From IMG/VR virus record IMGVR_UViG_3300044655_002046: 64,000 nucleotides of DNA; one strand, 5' to 3'. Origin of the DNA: a virus. Positions within the stretch are counted from its first letter, which is position 1; every line of letters begins with the position of its first letter. Under the pieces are notes generated by a model. It was not told the origin of the DNA. It ran no database searches and saw only the letters and a program-made list of their open reading frames with translations. Shown in pieces: positions 17,945 to 28,108 of this stretch. The position numbers were made by a program, and so were the translations under genes.

Positions 17945-18410
17945 TAACGGCCCCCTTATGGAAGGGGGCCCCTCTGATTAGCTGTTGTAGGCCTGTGGCG
18001 GGCCGCCCCCGCGTTATCGGGGGCCCAATAATTTATTGGTTACAGCGTCTAATAAACAGCTTCACCCGATTGGGGGAATCGCCAAGGGCGGTTTATATGT
18101 CATCCTGAGGAGAGGATAGGCCTAACTCCCTTATGGGAGTCCCTCCCCCCAGTCGGTCGCTGCTCCGTGGCTCTCATTACCTGCGTGCGCTGCCCCCTCC
18201 CGCCTGCAAGGGGTCATCCCCTCCGCCCCGTGTGGGGCCACATACCTATCGGTATGCCGTTTGACTTACCTGCCATCATCACCTTATCGATGGTAGGTGG
18301 GTGTCGGGTACCCAGGTGGTAGTGAGGCAGTCCTGGCCTCATTCCCTTCGTGCTCTCGTGAGTTAGGGGCACGGCGTACGCAGTATAAAGCTTCGCCTTA
18401 CGTCTGCAGA
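17945..18410. ncRNA. GC-rich, hairpin-dense non-coding region (candidate structured RNA)
   Basis: No ORF of 60 aa or more; many stems, e.g. ACTCCC-TTAT-GGGAGT, CCAATAA-T-TTATTGG, CATACC-TATC-GGTATG; no RNA family recognised. Confidence 0.35.
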
Positions 18411-18473
18411 TGTGTTATACACATGCGTGTATTATAGCACAGGGCCCCCGCCATGTCAATACCCTATCAATTA

Positions 18474-18706
18474 AAATGGATAAGCCCATGAATAATGAAA
18501 ACTTCCCTGAGTTTGATTACGCTAAGGAATGTCTAGATAAACACGGCATTAAATGGTCCTCTATTGGTAATGGGTCCCTACTCATTAACGTTAAGGGCCG
18601 CTTCTACTACTACTATCCGACGCGTAACCGCTAGCGGGCCAAGGACTCGAATAAGGAATATAGTATCCGTTCCATTGATTATCTAATAGAGCTTCTAAGT
18701 AAATAA
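18474..18706 (+). pseudogene. Paralog of 17713..17943 with in-frame TAG
   Basis: TAG at 18632-34 aligns with TGG (Trp) of the paralog; the frame continues RAKDSNKEYSIRSIDYLIELLSK to TAA 18706. Confidence 0.75.
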
Positions 18707-19172
18707 ACGTCATTGATTAACTTGAGCATAAACAACGTAGATATCAAGGCGCGCCACATTAACTCAGACTTGTTCTACTGTGGGCCCGGCCGATTACAGT
18801 AACAGTGCCTTATATTATCGTGTAGAAAACGCACAGCTGCTATGCGCGGGCCAGACTGATTTCACTGTGGAAGCGTAGCGCTGAGCTACGTAATGGATAC
18901 TAGTGTAGAAGCATACGGTGAGTTCGAGCCTAACGCAGTGGTGATTGGTTCGAGAACGAGAAGATCAAAGTCAATAGCGTGATTAAGCTACCGTGTAGAG
19001 TTATACTGCGGGCCCGCAGTATCCATGACCCTCAAGCAAGTAATAGCTCAACATGAGGGGCAATAAGCCCGCGGGCCCCTAACCCGTAGTAGTGGCCTTA
19101 GCACGAGCGGGCCCCCATAGGTATACCTACTGAATAATAGACTATGAGACCATAGCTACAGTCTCCCAGTAA

Positions 19173-19245
19173 GCAGAATTGGCCGATTGGTATAGGCACC
19201 GTCCTCATAAGACGGCTTAAAGTGGTTCGATTCCGCTATTCTGCA
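19173..19245 (+). tRNA. tRNA with CAT anticodon (elongator Met or Ile2)
   Basis: Acceptor GCAGAAT/ATTCTGC, anticodon arm CCGTC-CTCATAA-GACGG, T arm AGTGG-TTCGATT-CCGCT; no initiator hallmarks; CCA not encoded. Confidence 0.92.
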
Positions 19246-19658
19246 TACAGCGTTAGAGCAAAACCCACAACGTCATATAAGCATAGCTTATCAATAACCA
19301 TCAGAGTGCCATTCTACCCCCTGGGGCAAATCTATTAACTATTGATTATAGTATATAGTAATGTTACTTAGTATAGAGTACAGTATTGTATATCAATAAG
19401 TTATACTTATCAATTAAATATTCGACAGCTTCTCTAACATCAGATATATATGCCCATAACATACAGTTAGAATATGTAACAATTCAAACAATAATAATTG
19501 GGGTTTTTAATACAGCGTTGAAAATACGGCAAATATCGCCATATTCAAGCAATATTTAAACATATATTAAGCTATCAAATGCGAGCGAAACCTAGGCAAA
19601 GGGATAGACAAGAGTGAGTAGTAGGGAGTCCCCACTTAATTATTAAGGATATACAGGC

Positions 19659-19871
19659 ATGTCAATAACAGTATTAGCATTAAATGCGGTCTTTACCGTG
19701 TACATAGTATTCCTGATGTATCTGATTCCTAGAGTAGGGCCCCGCGATAAGTGGGGCCTTGTCGCGTTAATATGCGCTATAGCGGTGATATGGTTATCAA
19801 TCATGTCTGCTGGGGGGCCCACCAGCGATACATGTAGTAGAGTATTACACTACTCTACATCTAGGCTATAA
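19659..19871 (+). CDS. Small two-TM membrane protein
   Basis: Two hydrophobic segments. Confidence 0.55.
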   Translation: MSITVLALNAVFTVYIVFLMYLIPRVGPRDKWGLVALICAIAVIWLSIMSAGGPTSDTCSRVLHYSTSRL

Positions 19872-20172
19872 CGCTGTAGACTTAATACTTGTAGTGTATA
19901 AGACGAGGCCCGCGCTATAATAAGAGTAGAGTCGGTATAATCCCTAATAAGACAGGCGGCCGACTCTACTACCCTGCATACGGTAAACTCTATCAAGAAT
20001 TAAGCTTAGGAGGAAGATAGTGATTTTATTGCTTTCGCAGATTGGTGGACTAGTCTTCTTTGTAATTCTGCTTCACAGACTGCTACATCGTTTCTATGTG
20101 GCAGCGTGGGACAGGAATGCAGAGAAACTACTCAGAAAAGGTATAAAGTAACAAACAGGACATCAGGACATC

Positions 20173-20322
20173 ATGACACAAGAACAACTATTAGCAGAGA
20201 ATACTGCATTAAAGCAGAGAGTAGAGGAGCTACAGCTAGAAATTAAGCAACTGAAGCAAGACGTGAAAGAGTTAACACTAAGCTTAGATTCAAAGACATA
20301 CTCTTCTCTTTATAGAGACTAG
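20173..20322 (+). CDS. 49-aa coiled-coil protein (MTQEQLLAENTALKQRVEELQLEIKQLKQDVKEL)
   Basis: AGGA RBS, heptad pattern. Confidence 0.55.
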   Translation: MTQEQLLAENTALKQRVEELQLEIKQLKQDVKELTLSLDSKTYSSLYRD

Positions 20323-20350
20323 TTATATAGAGGGGCCCCCGCCCCAACAA

Positions 20351-20423
20351 GCAGGATTGGCCGATAGGTGGAGGCACCGTCCTCATAAGACGGCTTAGAG
20401 CGGTTCGATTCCGCTATCCTGCA
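20351..20423 (+). tRNA. Second tRNA-CAT, diverged copy
   Basis: Acceptor GCAGGAT/ATCCTGC (compensatory change versus copy 1), identical anticodon arm. Confidence 0.92.
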
Positions 20424-20479
20424 TTCAGATAATATAGGCCCCCCTATTAGGAATACAATATACAATACTAAGGAGAGCC

Positions 20480-20770
20480 ATGAAAGTATTAACCTCTTAC
20501 GTTTTATATCCATCGCCAGACGAGCAGATCAACATTAAGAAGTACGCGTGCTTCACAAAGCACATCATCAGCGTAGAGATTGATGTGGTAATGTGACTTA
20601 ATAATGAGGCCCGCAGTGTCCAGCTGATGAAATACCTACTCAACACACTGAAGCTACAGTATACAGAACACGAGGATGGGTTTATGATCAGATTGCATAA
20701 GTTAGTATATACTGATGGCTCTACGGCACTAATAGTGCCAACGGCATATACAGATAAACTACTAAATTAA
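20480..20770 (+). pseudogene. ORF interrupted by in-frame TGA at 20594
   Basis: AGGAG RBS and ATG; 38 codons, TGA, then 57 open codons to TAA. Confidence 0.5.
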
Positions 20771-20890
20771 TCAGAGCACAGTGTAGTATATCACAAGGGG
20801 CCCGCCTCACTCTCAACTACATACAGCTCTAATAGACTACGTCTATTATCAATCACATCCCTGCTGGCAGGGATGTATATCAATAGCTAA

Positions 20891-21835
20891 TCAGCTCCAC
20901 AGGCGAGGTAACATCTCCTTGCACTTGTGTATATACCAGTGACCTTCAGCAGGAGTATTATCTAGTGCTTCTTGGAATAGCATATCGCGCAGTTGCTGTA
21001 TAGTCATAAATGAAACAGGCTCGTGCAATAAACGTTGTGCTTGAGGAGTAATGCTGGGCCCCACGAATATGAACTCAACTGGCGTGTCGAAGTGGTTAGT
21101 GGCCAGTTCTATATAGCCCTTATCAGCTATAGTAGATACTACGTCTTCTAAGCTAATAGGGTTAATCTTAATCTCAATGACCTGTGTCTTACCATTACTA
21201 GAACGGCATAGGTCAAAGCGGCGAGTACGGGCCCGAGTCTCTAGTGTGTTAGTTACTGTTAACTCTCTAGTGAAGGGATTAGTAGTATAACTAGCTAATA
21301 ATACTAGATCCATCTGTAACTCAAGCTCAGAGTTATAAGTGGGGCCAGGTGTCTCTGCATTACGTATAGATACAGCTTGTGGTCTAGGTGTCGTCTTAGT
21401 TCTCTCTACACTGCGAGAGAGAGTGGGGCCCAACTTAATATTATTATGGAGGGCTATACGCCCATACGCCGCTGTCCAGTTACATACCCATAAGTGATTA
21501 TTATAGTAATTGATATCGTAGTAAGTATATAATGCTCTCTGGAATGGTTTAATGGCTATAGCATCTAGCTTAATCAGACGAGGTTTAGGTAGACCAGGTT
21601 TATCTACCCAAGCGCGCACAATAGGGTTAAATAAGTTTCTGACATTGCTAACCGACATCTTGAGTCTTTGTGCTATCTCAGGCATCAAGAAGTAAGCATC
21701 CTTACCGTCTCTATCAGGTACCCAAGTGAGTTCGTATTCACCAACCCAGTGAACTAATTGATCTAGTATGGGGCCCGCGCAATCAGGATACTCTTTAAGT
21801 ATGGCCGCAGATAAATCTGGTAGTGCAACTGGCAT
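20891..21835 (-). CDS. HTH-like N-terminus + PD-(D/E)xK nuclease
   Basis: YFLMPEIAQRLKMSVSNVRNL; RFDL...QVIEIK. Confidence 0.7.
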   Translation of the reverse strand: MPVALPDLSAAILKEYPDCAGPILDQLVHWVGEYELTWVPDRDGKDAYFLMPEIAQRLKMSVSNVRNLFNPIVRAWVDKPGLPKPRLIKLDAIAIKPFQRALYTYYDINYYNNHLWVCNWTAAYGRIALHNNIKLGPTLSRSVERTKTTPRPQAVSIRNAETPGPTYNSELELQMDLVLLASYTTNPFTRELTVTNTLETRARTRRFDLCRSSNGKTQVIEIKINPISLEDVVSTIADKGYIELATNHFDTPVEFIFVGPSITPQAQRLLHEPVSFMTIQQLRDMLFQEALDNTPAEGHWYIHKCKEMLPRLWS

Positions 21836-22239
21836 ATTTAAATCCTAAAGTAATTATTCTAATAATAGCATACAACTATTAATAGCACACAAGTCAATTT
21901 GTGTGCTATTAATTAAACAAATAGTTACTCTATAATTTTCCTATGCGGCTGTATGATTGGCATTTATTATATCAAGCATTCTATCTGCTTCTTGAATATC
22001 ACTTTTTATCTTGCCACGCAATAAATTCTGCTGGTGGAATACTAATTCCAGCCAGGTATTTTCTGTAATTCAATTTTCTATTTTTTAGTAATTGAGTATC
22101 CATTAAATTCTCCAAATTATTCTTTAACTTAATTATAAATCTTTACATCGTCGAAAAACTCAACGATTTAAATATCAGATATTAACGGCGGTCGATTTCT
22201 AAAAGGGTGGGTCGTGGGAAACCGCAAATTTATTTCCGC

Positions 22240-23013
22240 TTAATCTCCTATTAAAGGCGGGCGATTGACGAAGGGATGGGACGCGCCGAGCAGTTCGGGA
22301 GAAGAAAACTCCCAAGCCATCCACGCTTCCGTCTTGAGGTAGTTTGGGCTGCCGACGGGTGACGCGATGACCATCAGACAGAACAATCGGCCACTCAAGG
22401 GATAGAGGTTTTGCGGGCGTGACCCGCCAAGTCGGAACACCGCGTCAGTTGTGCTTAACGCGGTGCCAACCGTTGCCCCGGTCATTCCACCCGCCCGCAC
22501 CCATGAAACGCCAGCGGTTAAGCCTGTGGCAATCAGGTTGGGAGATGCGGTGTAATTCGCCAACATATTCGCTCTTACAGTATTATTAAAAAATGAATGT
22601 GCATTGACTAAAACTGAGCCATTGAAGTCAATGGTCCACTCCATTTTTTGAGAATTGACACCCCCGCTTGTGCCGATGGAAAACGGCTCTGCAAGGTTGC
22701 CTCCGGCTACAGTATCTTGCAGAAGTGCCAGAACAGAATATGTCGTCCCCGCCTGGATTGTCGCCGTACTGTCCATGGGGGACCCGGAAAACGTCACGCA
22801 CGGGTGGCCCCGATAGGCATTTTGCGTTAGAACAGGTTTTGCGGTGACGGATGTTACACCAAGCCCGCTCCGCAAAAGGTCTTGCCACGAATCCACAGAC
22901 GAACCGCTCGTAATCGTTAGTGCGCCAAGGTCTTTTGCGCTGAAGCCGGCTCTATAGTCGGCTCCCAGCAACGAGGGTGTCCAAAGCCGAAGACTAGCAT
23001 CAATTATCAGCAT
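22240..23013 (-). CDS. Putative tail-fibre/receptor-binding (lectin/LamG-like) protein, GC-rich
   Basis: LWTP..L...F.A.D...S..V..W.D N-terminus; composition much more GC-rich than neighbours. Confidence 0.55.
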   Translation of the reverse strand: MLIIDASLRLWTPSLLGADYRAGFSAKDLGALTITSGSSVDSWQDLLRSGLGVTSVTAKPVLTQNAYRGHPCVTFSGSPMDSTATIQAGTTYSVLALLQDTVAGGNLAEPFSIGTSGGVNSQKMEWTIDFNGSVLVNAHSFFNNTVRANMLANYTASPNLIATGLTAGVSWVRAGGMTGATVGTALSTTDAVFRLGGSRPQNLYPLSGRLFCLMVIASPVGSPNYLKTEAWMAWEFSSPELLGASHPFVNRPPLIGD

Positions 23014-23021
23014 AATCGAAA

Positions 23022-23246
23022 TTATAGACTTTTAAAAATCCCCATCAGAGTAATTACTACTTTTCTACAAAAAGCAAATACTTTTTGTAGAAAATGCCGA
23101 TTATTTCCGCTTTTATCTTTTAAGATAAAAATACCATTATTTTTGTCGTAAGCAAAAGTATTTTTATCATTAGCGTCAAACCAGTAATAAAGACTTTTAG
23201 ATTGTAGTTTTACTGGTGTCCACAATTGGTTTTCAGATTCAAGCAT
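23022..23246 (-). pseudogene. Truncated paralog of the LWTP...WFDAND...DKSGNNRH domain
   Basis: Homology ends at a perfect 14-bp inverted repeat (about 23051-23084). Confidence 0.5.
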
Positions 23247-23265
23247 AACAAAAACCCTACAAAAA

Positions 23266-23700
23266 CTAATTATTAAAAACCGCAGACACTTTGAGAATAT
23301 TCTGATTCAGCAATTGAGCCAACAGATTTTCATCATTGAATTGCTGCATTACTGCTTGCAGAATATCTAATTCAGAAATCGAATTTAACTTTCCTTCACT
23401 ATCAACAGAAACCGCGAGTCTTGGGGTTTCCCCAAACACTGCTGATACCATTCCAAGCTTCGCTACATTTAGTTTAACATAAGGATTGAAAACAATCATT
23501 TCTGACAAAATCCTTTTGTAAACGTAAACGCGGACTAATTGATCATTAATTAAACTAGGCTTAATATGAGCATCAAAAAAAGCTTGATTAGTTGATATTT
23601 CATTAAAAGTCCCAGCAGCATTAGTTAATGCAATTTGGTATCTTTCCAAATAATCAGGGCTATTTAAAAATAAACTTTGAGCGGTCAAACTATTAGACAT
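23266..23700 (-). CDS. Hypothetical protein in tail-fibre module
   Basis: 144-aa ORF, operonic spacing. Confidence 0.65.
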   Translation of the reverse strand: MSNSLTAQSLFLNSPDYLERYQIALTNAAGTFNEISTNQAFFDAHIKPSLINDQLVRVYVYKRILSEMIVFNPYVKLNVAKLGMVSAVFGETPRLAVSVDSEGKLNSISELDILQAVMQQFNDENLLAQLLNQNILKVSAVFNN

Positions 23701-23702
23701 AA

Positions 23703-24203
23703 TTATCCTCGTGAATATTCAAATGTTAAGCCAACGTCAACGGGTCCACTTGTAAAAGAAACAAATTCGATTCGTATCTGTTGAGCAGTGGTGATTAACT
23801 GCCCATTACCACTAACTGAATGATTCGTAGGGGTTGTCGTAATCGTTCGGCTACCTAATCCCGGAATCGTAGTAAAACTCGCCCCACTACCAAACAGCAC
23901 ATTAATTACAGCACTACCGCTAGAGCCGACCAATGTATTTTGAGCATTTACAACCCTCAATAAAGTTATATTCTCCGTGTAAAAAATCGGCAAAGTAATA
24001 GCTACACTGCCAGTATTTGCACTCCGCAGTAAAGTTGATTCTCGTTGAATTCGTGCGTCCCCGTCATTTAGTTTGTGAGCAATGCTACCAGTTTGATCAC
24101 TACAAAATAAATCAAAACCGTCACTCGTTCGGACAAAATAAAGAGTATTTGCCTGTAATGCTGGCAAACTGCTGATTACTTTTTGCGCTCTAAATTCATT
24201 CAT
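23703..24203 (-). CDS. Putative virion/tail-associated protein
   Basis: N-terminus (F...K....LP..L.ANTLYFV) paralogous to 24205..24777. Confidence 0.6.
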   Translation of the reverse strand: MNEFRAQKVISSLPALQANTLYFVRTSDGFDLFCSDQTGSIAHKLNDGDARIQRESTLLRSANTGSVAITLPIFYTENITLLRVVNAQNTLVGSSGSAVINVLFGSGASFTTIPGLGSRTITTTPTNHSVSGNGQLITTAQQIRIEFVSFTSGPVDVGLTFEYSRG

Positions 24204-24204
24204 C

Positions 24205-24777
24205 TTACCAAGCTACAGTATTCCAGCCCATTGTAGGAAACACGCCATTATAAGTTAACAGGCCATTAGCATTTTCCCCAATTTTATCAAGCTGAGTTTT
24301 ATTGGCATGGGTATGGCTATTACTTACGGCCGCATCAATAGCAGAAGCCGAGCTAGTTGGCCGACCTTGAATATTTGCCCACTGCAAAACTAAATCTATT
24401 GATTCAGCTTCGTTTAATTTAATCCAAGAAGTCGTCGAGACTCGATAAATATACGTGGCCGCGCCGGTTGTTACCGTAGTATCTCCCGTCGCGTCGAGAA
24501 CTAAAACCTGAGTGTTTCTGGTAAGTGTCGAAGCTAAAGCATTTCTTGCTGCTATATCAGCTACAATGGGCATTTCCCCGCCTAAACCAGCAATCGAAGC
24601 GTTAATTAATGTTTGAATATCAGTGTCAGTGAGAACTCTTTTGGTAGAAGATCCCGCGGCATCGGAAACGTAAATCTCAACATAATTCGGTTTTGATGGC
24701 GGAGCCACAAAATATATCGCGTAAGGCTGAAGAGTGCCAGGAAGCGCAGTTTCTCGAAATACTTTAAAAGTTGTCAT
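24205..24777 (-). CDS. Putative virion/tail-associated protein
   Basis: VADIAARNAL...VLVLDATGD.TV..GAATY...W.K..E.ES.D motif of a kind seen in phage tail-fibre loci. Confidence 0.65.
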   Translation of the reverse strand: MTTFKVFRETALPGTLQPYAIYFVAPPSKPNYVEIYVSDAAGSSTKRVLTDTDIQTLINASIAGLGGEMPIVADIAARNALASTLTRNTQVLVLDATGDTTVTTGAATYIYRVSTTSWIKLNEAESIDLVLQWANIQGRPTSSASAIDAAVSNSHTHANKTQLDKIGENANGLLTYNGVFPTMGWNTVAW

Positions 24778-24780
24778 AAT

Positions 24781-25239
24781 TTACCAGTTAGTGCTGTTCC
24801 ATTGGAATTTTAAGCTTTCTAGCCAGTCTTGTTCAGTTCCAGTAAAACCATTGTCCAAGGCTACTTGATAAGCGGATAGCCCAATAGGACCCTGTAGTTG
24901 TCCGCCATTAATCCACTGTATACCCGACCAAGTGTAAAGAATACCTTGAATTAGGTAACCATGTCCTATAGAGGGGTTAGTAGGCAGATCGCCTATAGAA
25001 TTAAGATTACCTTTAATTAATAGAGGCGGGCCAGGCGGGCCAGGAGGAACATCTTTAAGCACTAATGCACTCAGACGCTCTTCTCCCTGAAGACTACCTA
25101 TTTTGTCACGTATACCGATAGCACTAGCGGCCTCTGATAGATTACCTCCATCTACAGCAATGAGATTACTGGGCGTATCCAGGATTACTAGAGTAATTGG
25201 TTGGCTCATGAGAGACATCGTTGATTGTAATTTACACAT
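24781..25239 (-). CDS. Tail-fibre-type protein with short collagen-like motif
   Basis: GPPGPP, GQLQGPIGLSAYQVALDNGFTGTEQDWLESLK. Confidence 0.7.
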   Translation of the reverse strand: MCKLQSTMSLMSQPITLVILDTPSNLIAVDGGNLSEAASAIGIRDKIGSLQGEERLSALVLKDVPPGPPGPPLLIKGNLNSIGDLPTNPSIGHGYLIQGILYTWSGIQWINGGQLQGPIGLSAYQVALDNGFTGTEQDWLESLKFQWNSTNW

Positions 25240-25416
25240 ACAGGATTAGGCAGGCACTAGGCAGGCACGCACTAACAAAACTATACATGAGTTATGAGGC
25301 GGGATAGGGTTCATCCAAGAAGTTAATTATTATATAATTCTCCCAGAAATGTCAACTATTTGGGAGAATATAGTAAGACAGGATCAAGTAAATAAACACA
25401 CGAGAGGTAACAAGAC

Positions 25417-26247
25417 ATGACTTCTATTAATTTTTACGAAAGAACAGCGCTTATCAAACGTATCGAAAACAATCTCAATCAAATTAACCAAAGATATTTT
25501 GAGGGAGGCCACGTGATATTATCAGTGACTGATAACGGTGATTACCTCACTGTCAAAAAACAAGGTGTTTACTTAGCAGGTTATGACGCTCAAAAGCTTT
25601 TTGACGCTCTAGAAGATTTTAGTGAAGAAGTTCGAGAGTTTCTTTTTCCTTATGACCTGTGGGACTACTTAAATCATTGCAAGTACACGCCAGAAAATCA
25701 GGAATCTGACAACGAGTTAAAGACCGATGATAAATTATCGCTTTCTGAAAAAACACATCTCAACAAGTACATTAAACAACTGCAAGAAGAGTATCAAGAG
25801 CTAAAAAGAGAAGATGGACAATTATTTGAGCAATTAACAGCTTTAAGTGAAACTGTAACTCAATTATGTATCCGTGTCTATAAACTAGAAAACAATCAAA
25901 CAGAGCCTCAACCAGAACCTAAACCGACGGCTAAGCGACCTAAATATAAATTACCAGAAAACTTTGCTGACTACCAGCAAGAGTGCGATGACTTAATTGA
26001 TGAACTATCCTGCTTTTACAATATCAAAAAAGGTAAATGGGGAAAAGACATTCTCCAATTTATCCTTACTCCAGTGAGAAGCACAACACATCCATATCCT
26101 AATAAGTGGAAAGCAGGGCTATATTTACAGCCTGGAGAGTGGACGTGGACAATTGACAAAGTAAGTATGTCTGATCCCGATGAATGGAAAGAGCATTTTA
26201 TAAATGTTTATGACTTTGCTGTCAGGTTGGGGATAGAGATTAGTTAG
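25417..26247 (+). CDS. Hypothetical protein with central coiled coil
   Basis: 276-aa ORF, GAGG RBS. Confidence 0.7.
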   Translation: MTSINFYERTALIKRIENNLNQINQRYFEGGHVILSVTDNGDYLTVKKQGVYLAGYDAQKLFDALEDFSEEVREFLFPYDLWDYLNHCKYTPENQESDNELKTDDKLSLSEKTHLNKYIKQLQEEYQELKREDGQLFEQLTALSETVTQLCIRVYKLENNQTEPQPEPKPTAKRPKYKLPENFADYQQECDDLIDELSCFYNIKKGKWGKDILQFILTPVRSTTHPYPNKWKAGLYLQPGEWTWTIDKVSMSDPDEWKEHFINVYDFAVRLGIEIS

Positions 26248-26317
26248 ATGCCAGTTATCAGTTATCAGTTATCAGTTATCATTCGTCAAAAACAAAACAC
26301 ACACACAGGAGAAAAAA

Positions 26318-26872
26318 ATGACAATTAAAATTGAAATGGTAGAGGTACCATTAAGTCAGGATATCGGTAGTTTTGCAATTGGGAAATATCCAATTACTCA
26401 GGCGCAATATGAAGCAGTAATGGGAACCAATCCCTCTCAGTTTCAAAATAATTCCCAAAATCCAGTAGAAAAGGTTAGTTGGGATGACGCTCAAGCCTTT
26501 TGTCAAAAATTGAGTCAAATAACTGGCAAAACCTATCGTCTACCGACGGAAGCGGAATGGGAGTATGCTTGCCGTGCAGGAACTAATACTAACTATTATT
26601 TCGGAGATGATGCCAATCAGTTAGGAGATTACGCTTGGTATTACGCAAATTCTCAGGGGACAACTCATCCTGTGGGACAGAAAAAACCCAATGCTTGGGG
26701 ATTATACGATATATATGGCAATGTTTGGGAATGGTGTCAAAAGGATTTGAGTATGCGGGGCGGTTCTTTTTGCTTCTATCCTAATAACTGCCGTTCCACG
26801 ACTCGCTACAGTAGCATCCGCCCCAGCTTCCACGACTACGATATAGGTTTTCGGGTAGTCTGTGACAATTAG
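26318..26872 (+). CDS. Minimal FGE-sulfatase protein, DGR-target-like #3
   Basis: FGE motifs; VR-like segment 26756-26860 ending GGTTTTCGGGTAGTCTGTGACAATTAG. Confidence 0.92.
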   Translation: MTIKIEMVEVPLSQDIGSFAIGKYPITQAQYEAVMGTNPSQFQNNSQNPVEKVSWDDAQAFCQKLSQITGKTYRLPTEAEWEYACRAGTNTNYYFGDDANQLGDYAWYYANSQGTTHPVGQKKPNAWGLYDIYGNVWEWCQKDLSMRGGSFCFYPNNCRSTTRYSSIRPSFHDYDIGFRVVCDN

Positions 26873-26901
26873 TCAATTATCAGTTATCAGCAGTAAAAAC
26901 A

Positions 26902-27192
26902 ATGATCATTCAACAAGTCACTTTTCTTGCTAAAAACTTTGACAATAGTGAATATCAATTTAGTGGCACCCTGTTTCCTAATGGTGCTGTAATGGTTTCT
27001 TACGCCCATACCAACGACGGTTGGTTTGAGAGTCTTGAAAGTGTTGACGCTTGTGGAAATGCGAGTGTAATCGATTGGGAACTAGGGAAAAAGTCTCGAA
27101 TGTCAAGGGCTTCTGTAAGAGAATCCCTAAAAGGTGCTGTCCGAGAGTTTGGATCGGACAGAGGTACAAAAAAAGGATTTAAGTTGCTTTGA
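26902..27192 (+). CDS. Hypothetical protein
   Basis: 96-aa ORF between FGE genes. Confidence 0.6.
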   Translation: MIIQQVTFLAKNFDNSEYQFSGTLFPNGAVMVSYAHTNDGWFESLESVDACGNASVIDWELGKKSRMSRASVRESLKGAVREFGSDRGTKKGFKLL

Positions 27193-27247
27193 TTATCTTT
27201 TAGCGTCAGTTGGTTATTAGTCAGTAAAAACAAAGCTAGGAGTAAAA

Positions 27248-28036
27248 GTGGTGATTAAAATTGAAATGGTAGAGGTACCAGCAAGTCAAGATCAAAAAAT
27301 CGGTAGTTTTGAGATTGGTAAATACCCAGTGACTCAGGCACAATATGAAGCGGTAATGGGAGTTAATCCATCTTATTTTCAAGGTAATCCTCAAAATCCA
27401 GATCCGCAAAATCCAGTAGAAATGGTTAGTTGGGACGACGCTCAAGCCTTTTGCATAAAATTAAATGGAATGACTGGCCATAAGTATCGTCTCCCCACAC
27501 AAGAGGAATGGGAATATGCCTGTCGTGCGGGGACTACTACTGACTATTATTTTGGAGATGATGCTAATCAATTAGGAGATTACGCATGGTACGAAGACAA
27601 CTCTGGGCTGATAACCTATCCTGTAGGCGCAGCAAAATCACTTAATGCTTGGCTGATAACCCATGCTGTAGGGCAAAAATTACCTAATGCTTGGGGACTC
27701 TATGACATGAGTGGCAACGTCTGGGAATGGTGTATTGATAAGTGGCTGCGGGGCGGTTCCTGGAACGATCCTCCTTATTGCTGCCGTTCCGCGAATCGCG
27801 ACAGCAGCCCTCCCAGCGGGCTCCGCTTCAACAATGTCGGTTTTCGGGTAGCACAAACTATTAGACCAACACTATTAGCTGAGGAGATGTGGGAAGCACA
27901 GCTGCCTGAACCTTATAAAGATATGATTCTATCTGAAGTAGTAGAATATCTAGATAATCTACAGACTAAAGAGGAAAAAGAGAAGTTTATAACTGCTATA
28001 TACTGGTCAGGGTTTCAAGCGTGTCTGGATGACTAA
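27248..28036 (+). CDS. FGE-sulfatase protein with C-terminal helical extension, DGR-target-like #4
   Basis: FGE motifs; VR 27749-27848; tail [15 protein letters not shown]... shared with #5. Confidence 0.92.
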   Translation: MVIKIEMVEVPASQDQKIGSFEIGKYPVTQAQYEAVMGVNPSYFQGNPQNPDPQNPVEMVSWDDAQAFCIKLNGMTGHKYRLPTQEEWEYACRAGTTTDYYFGDDANQLGDYAWYEDNSGLITYPVGAAKSLNAWLITHAVGQKLPNAWGLYDMSGNVWEWCIDKWLRGGSWNDPPYCCRSANRDSSPPSGLRFNNVGFRVAQTIRPTLLAEEMWEAQLPEPYKDMILSEVVEYLDNLQTKEEKEKFITAIYWSGFQACLDD

Positions 28037-28108
28037 GGTGATTAGGGTAGGGCTCCTCCCAAGAAGTTAGCTATCAGTTGTTAAAAATAAAGCACTTAGG
28101 AGTAAGAA

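Noticed and set aside
18365-18380. GGGGCACGGCGT shared with 51907 as a common RNA element
   Set aside because: A 12-mer match is expected by chance in 64 kb and the flanks do not align
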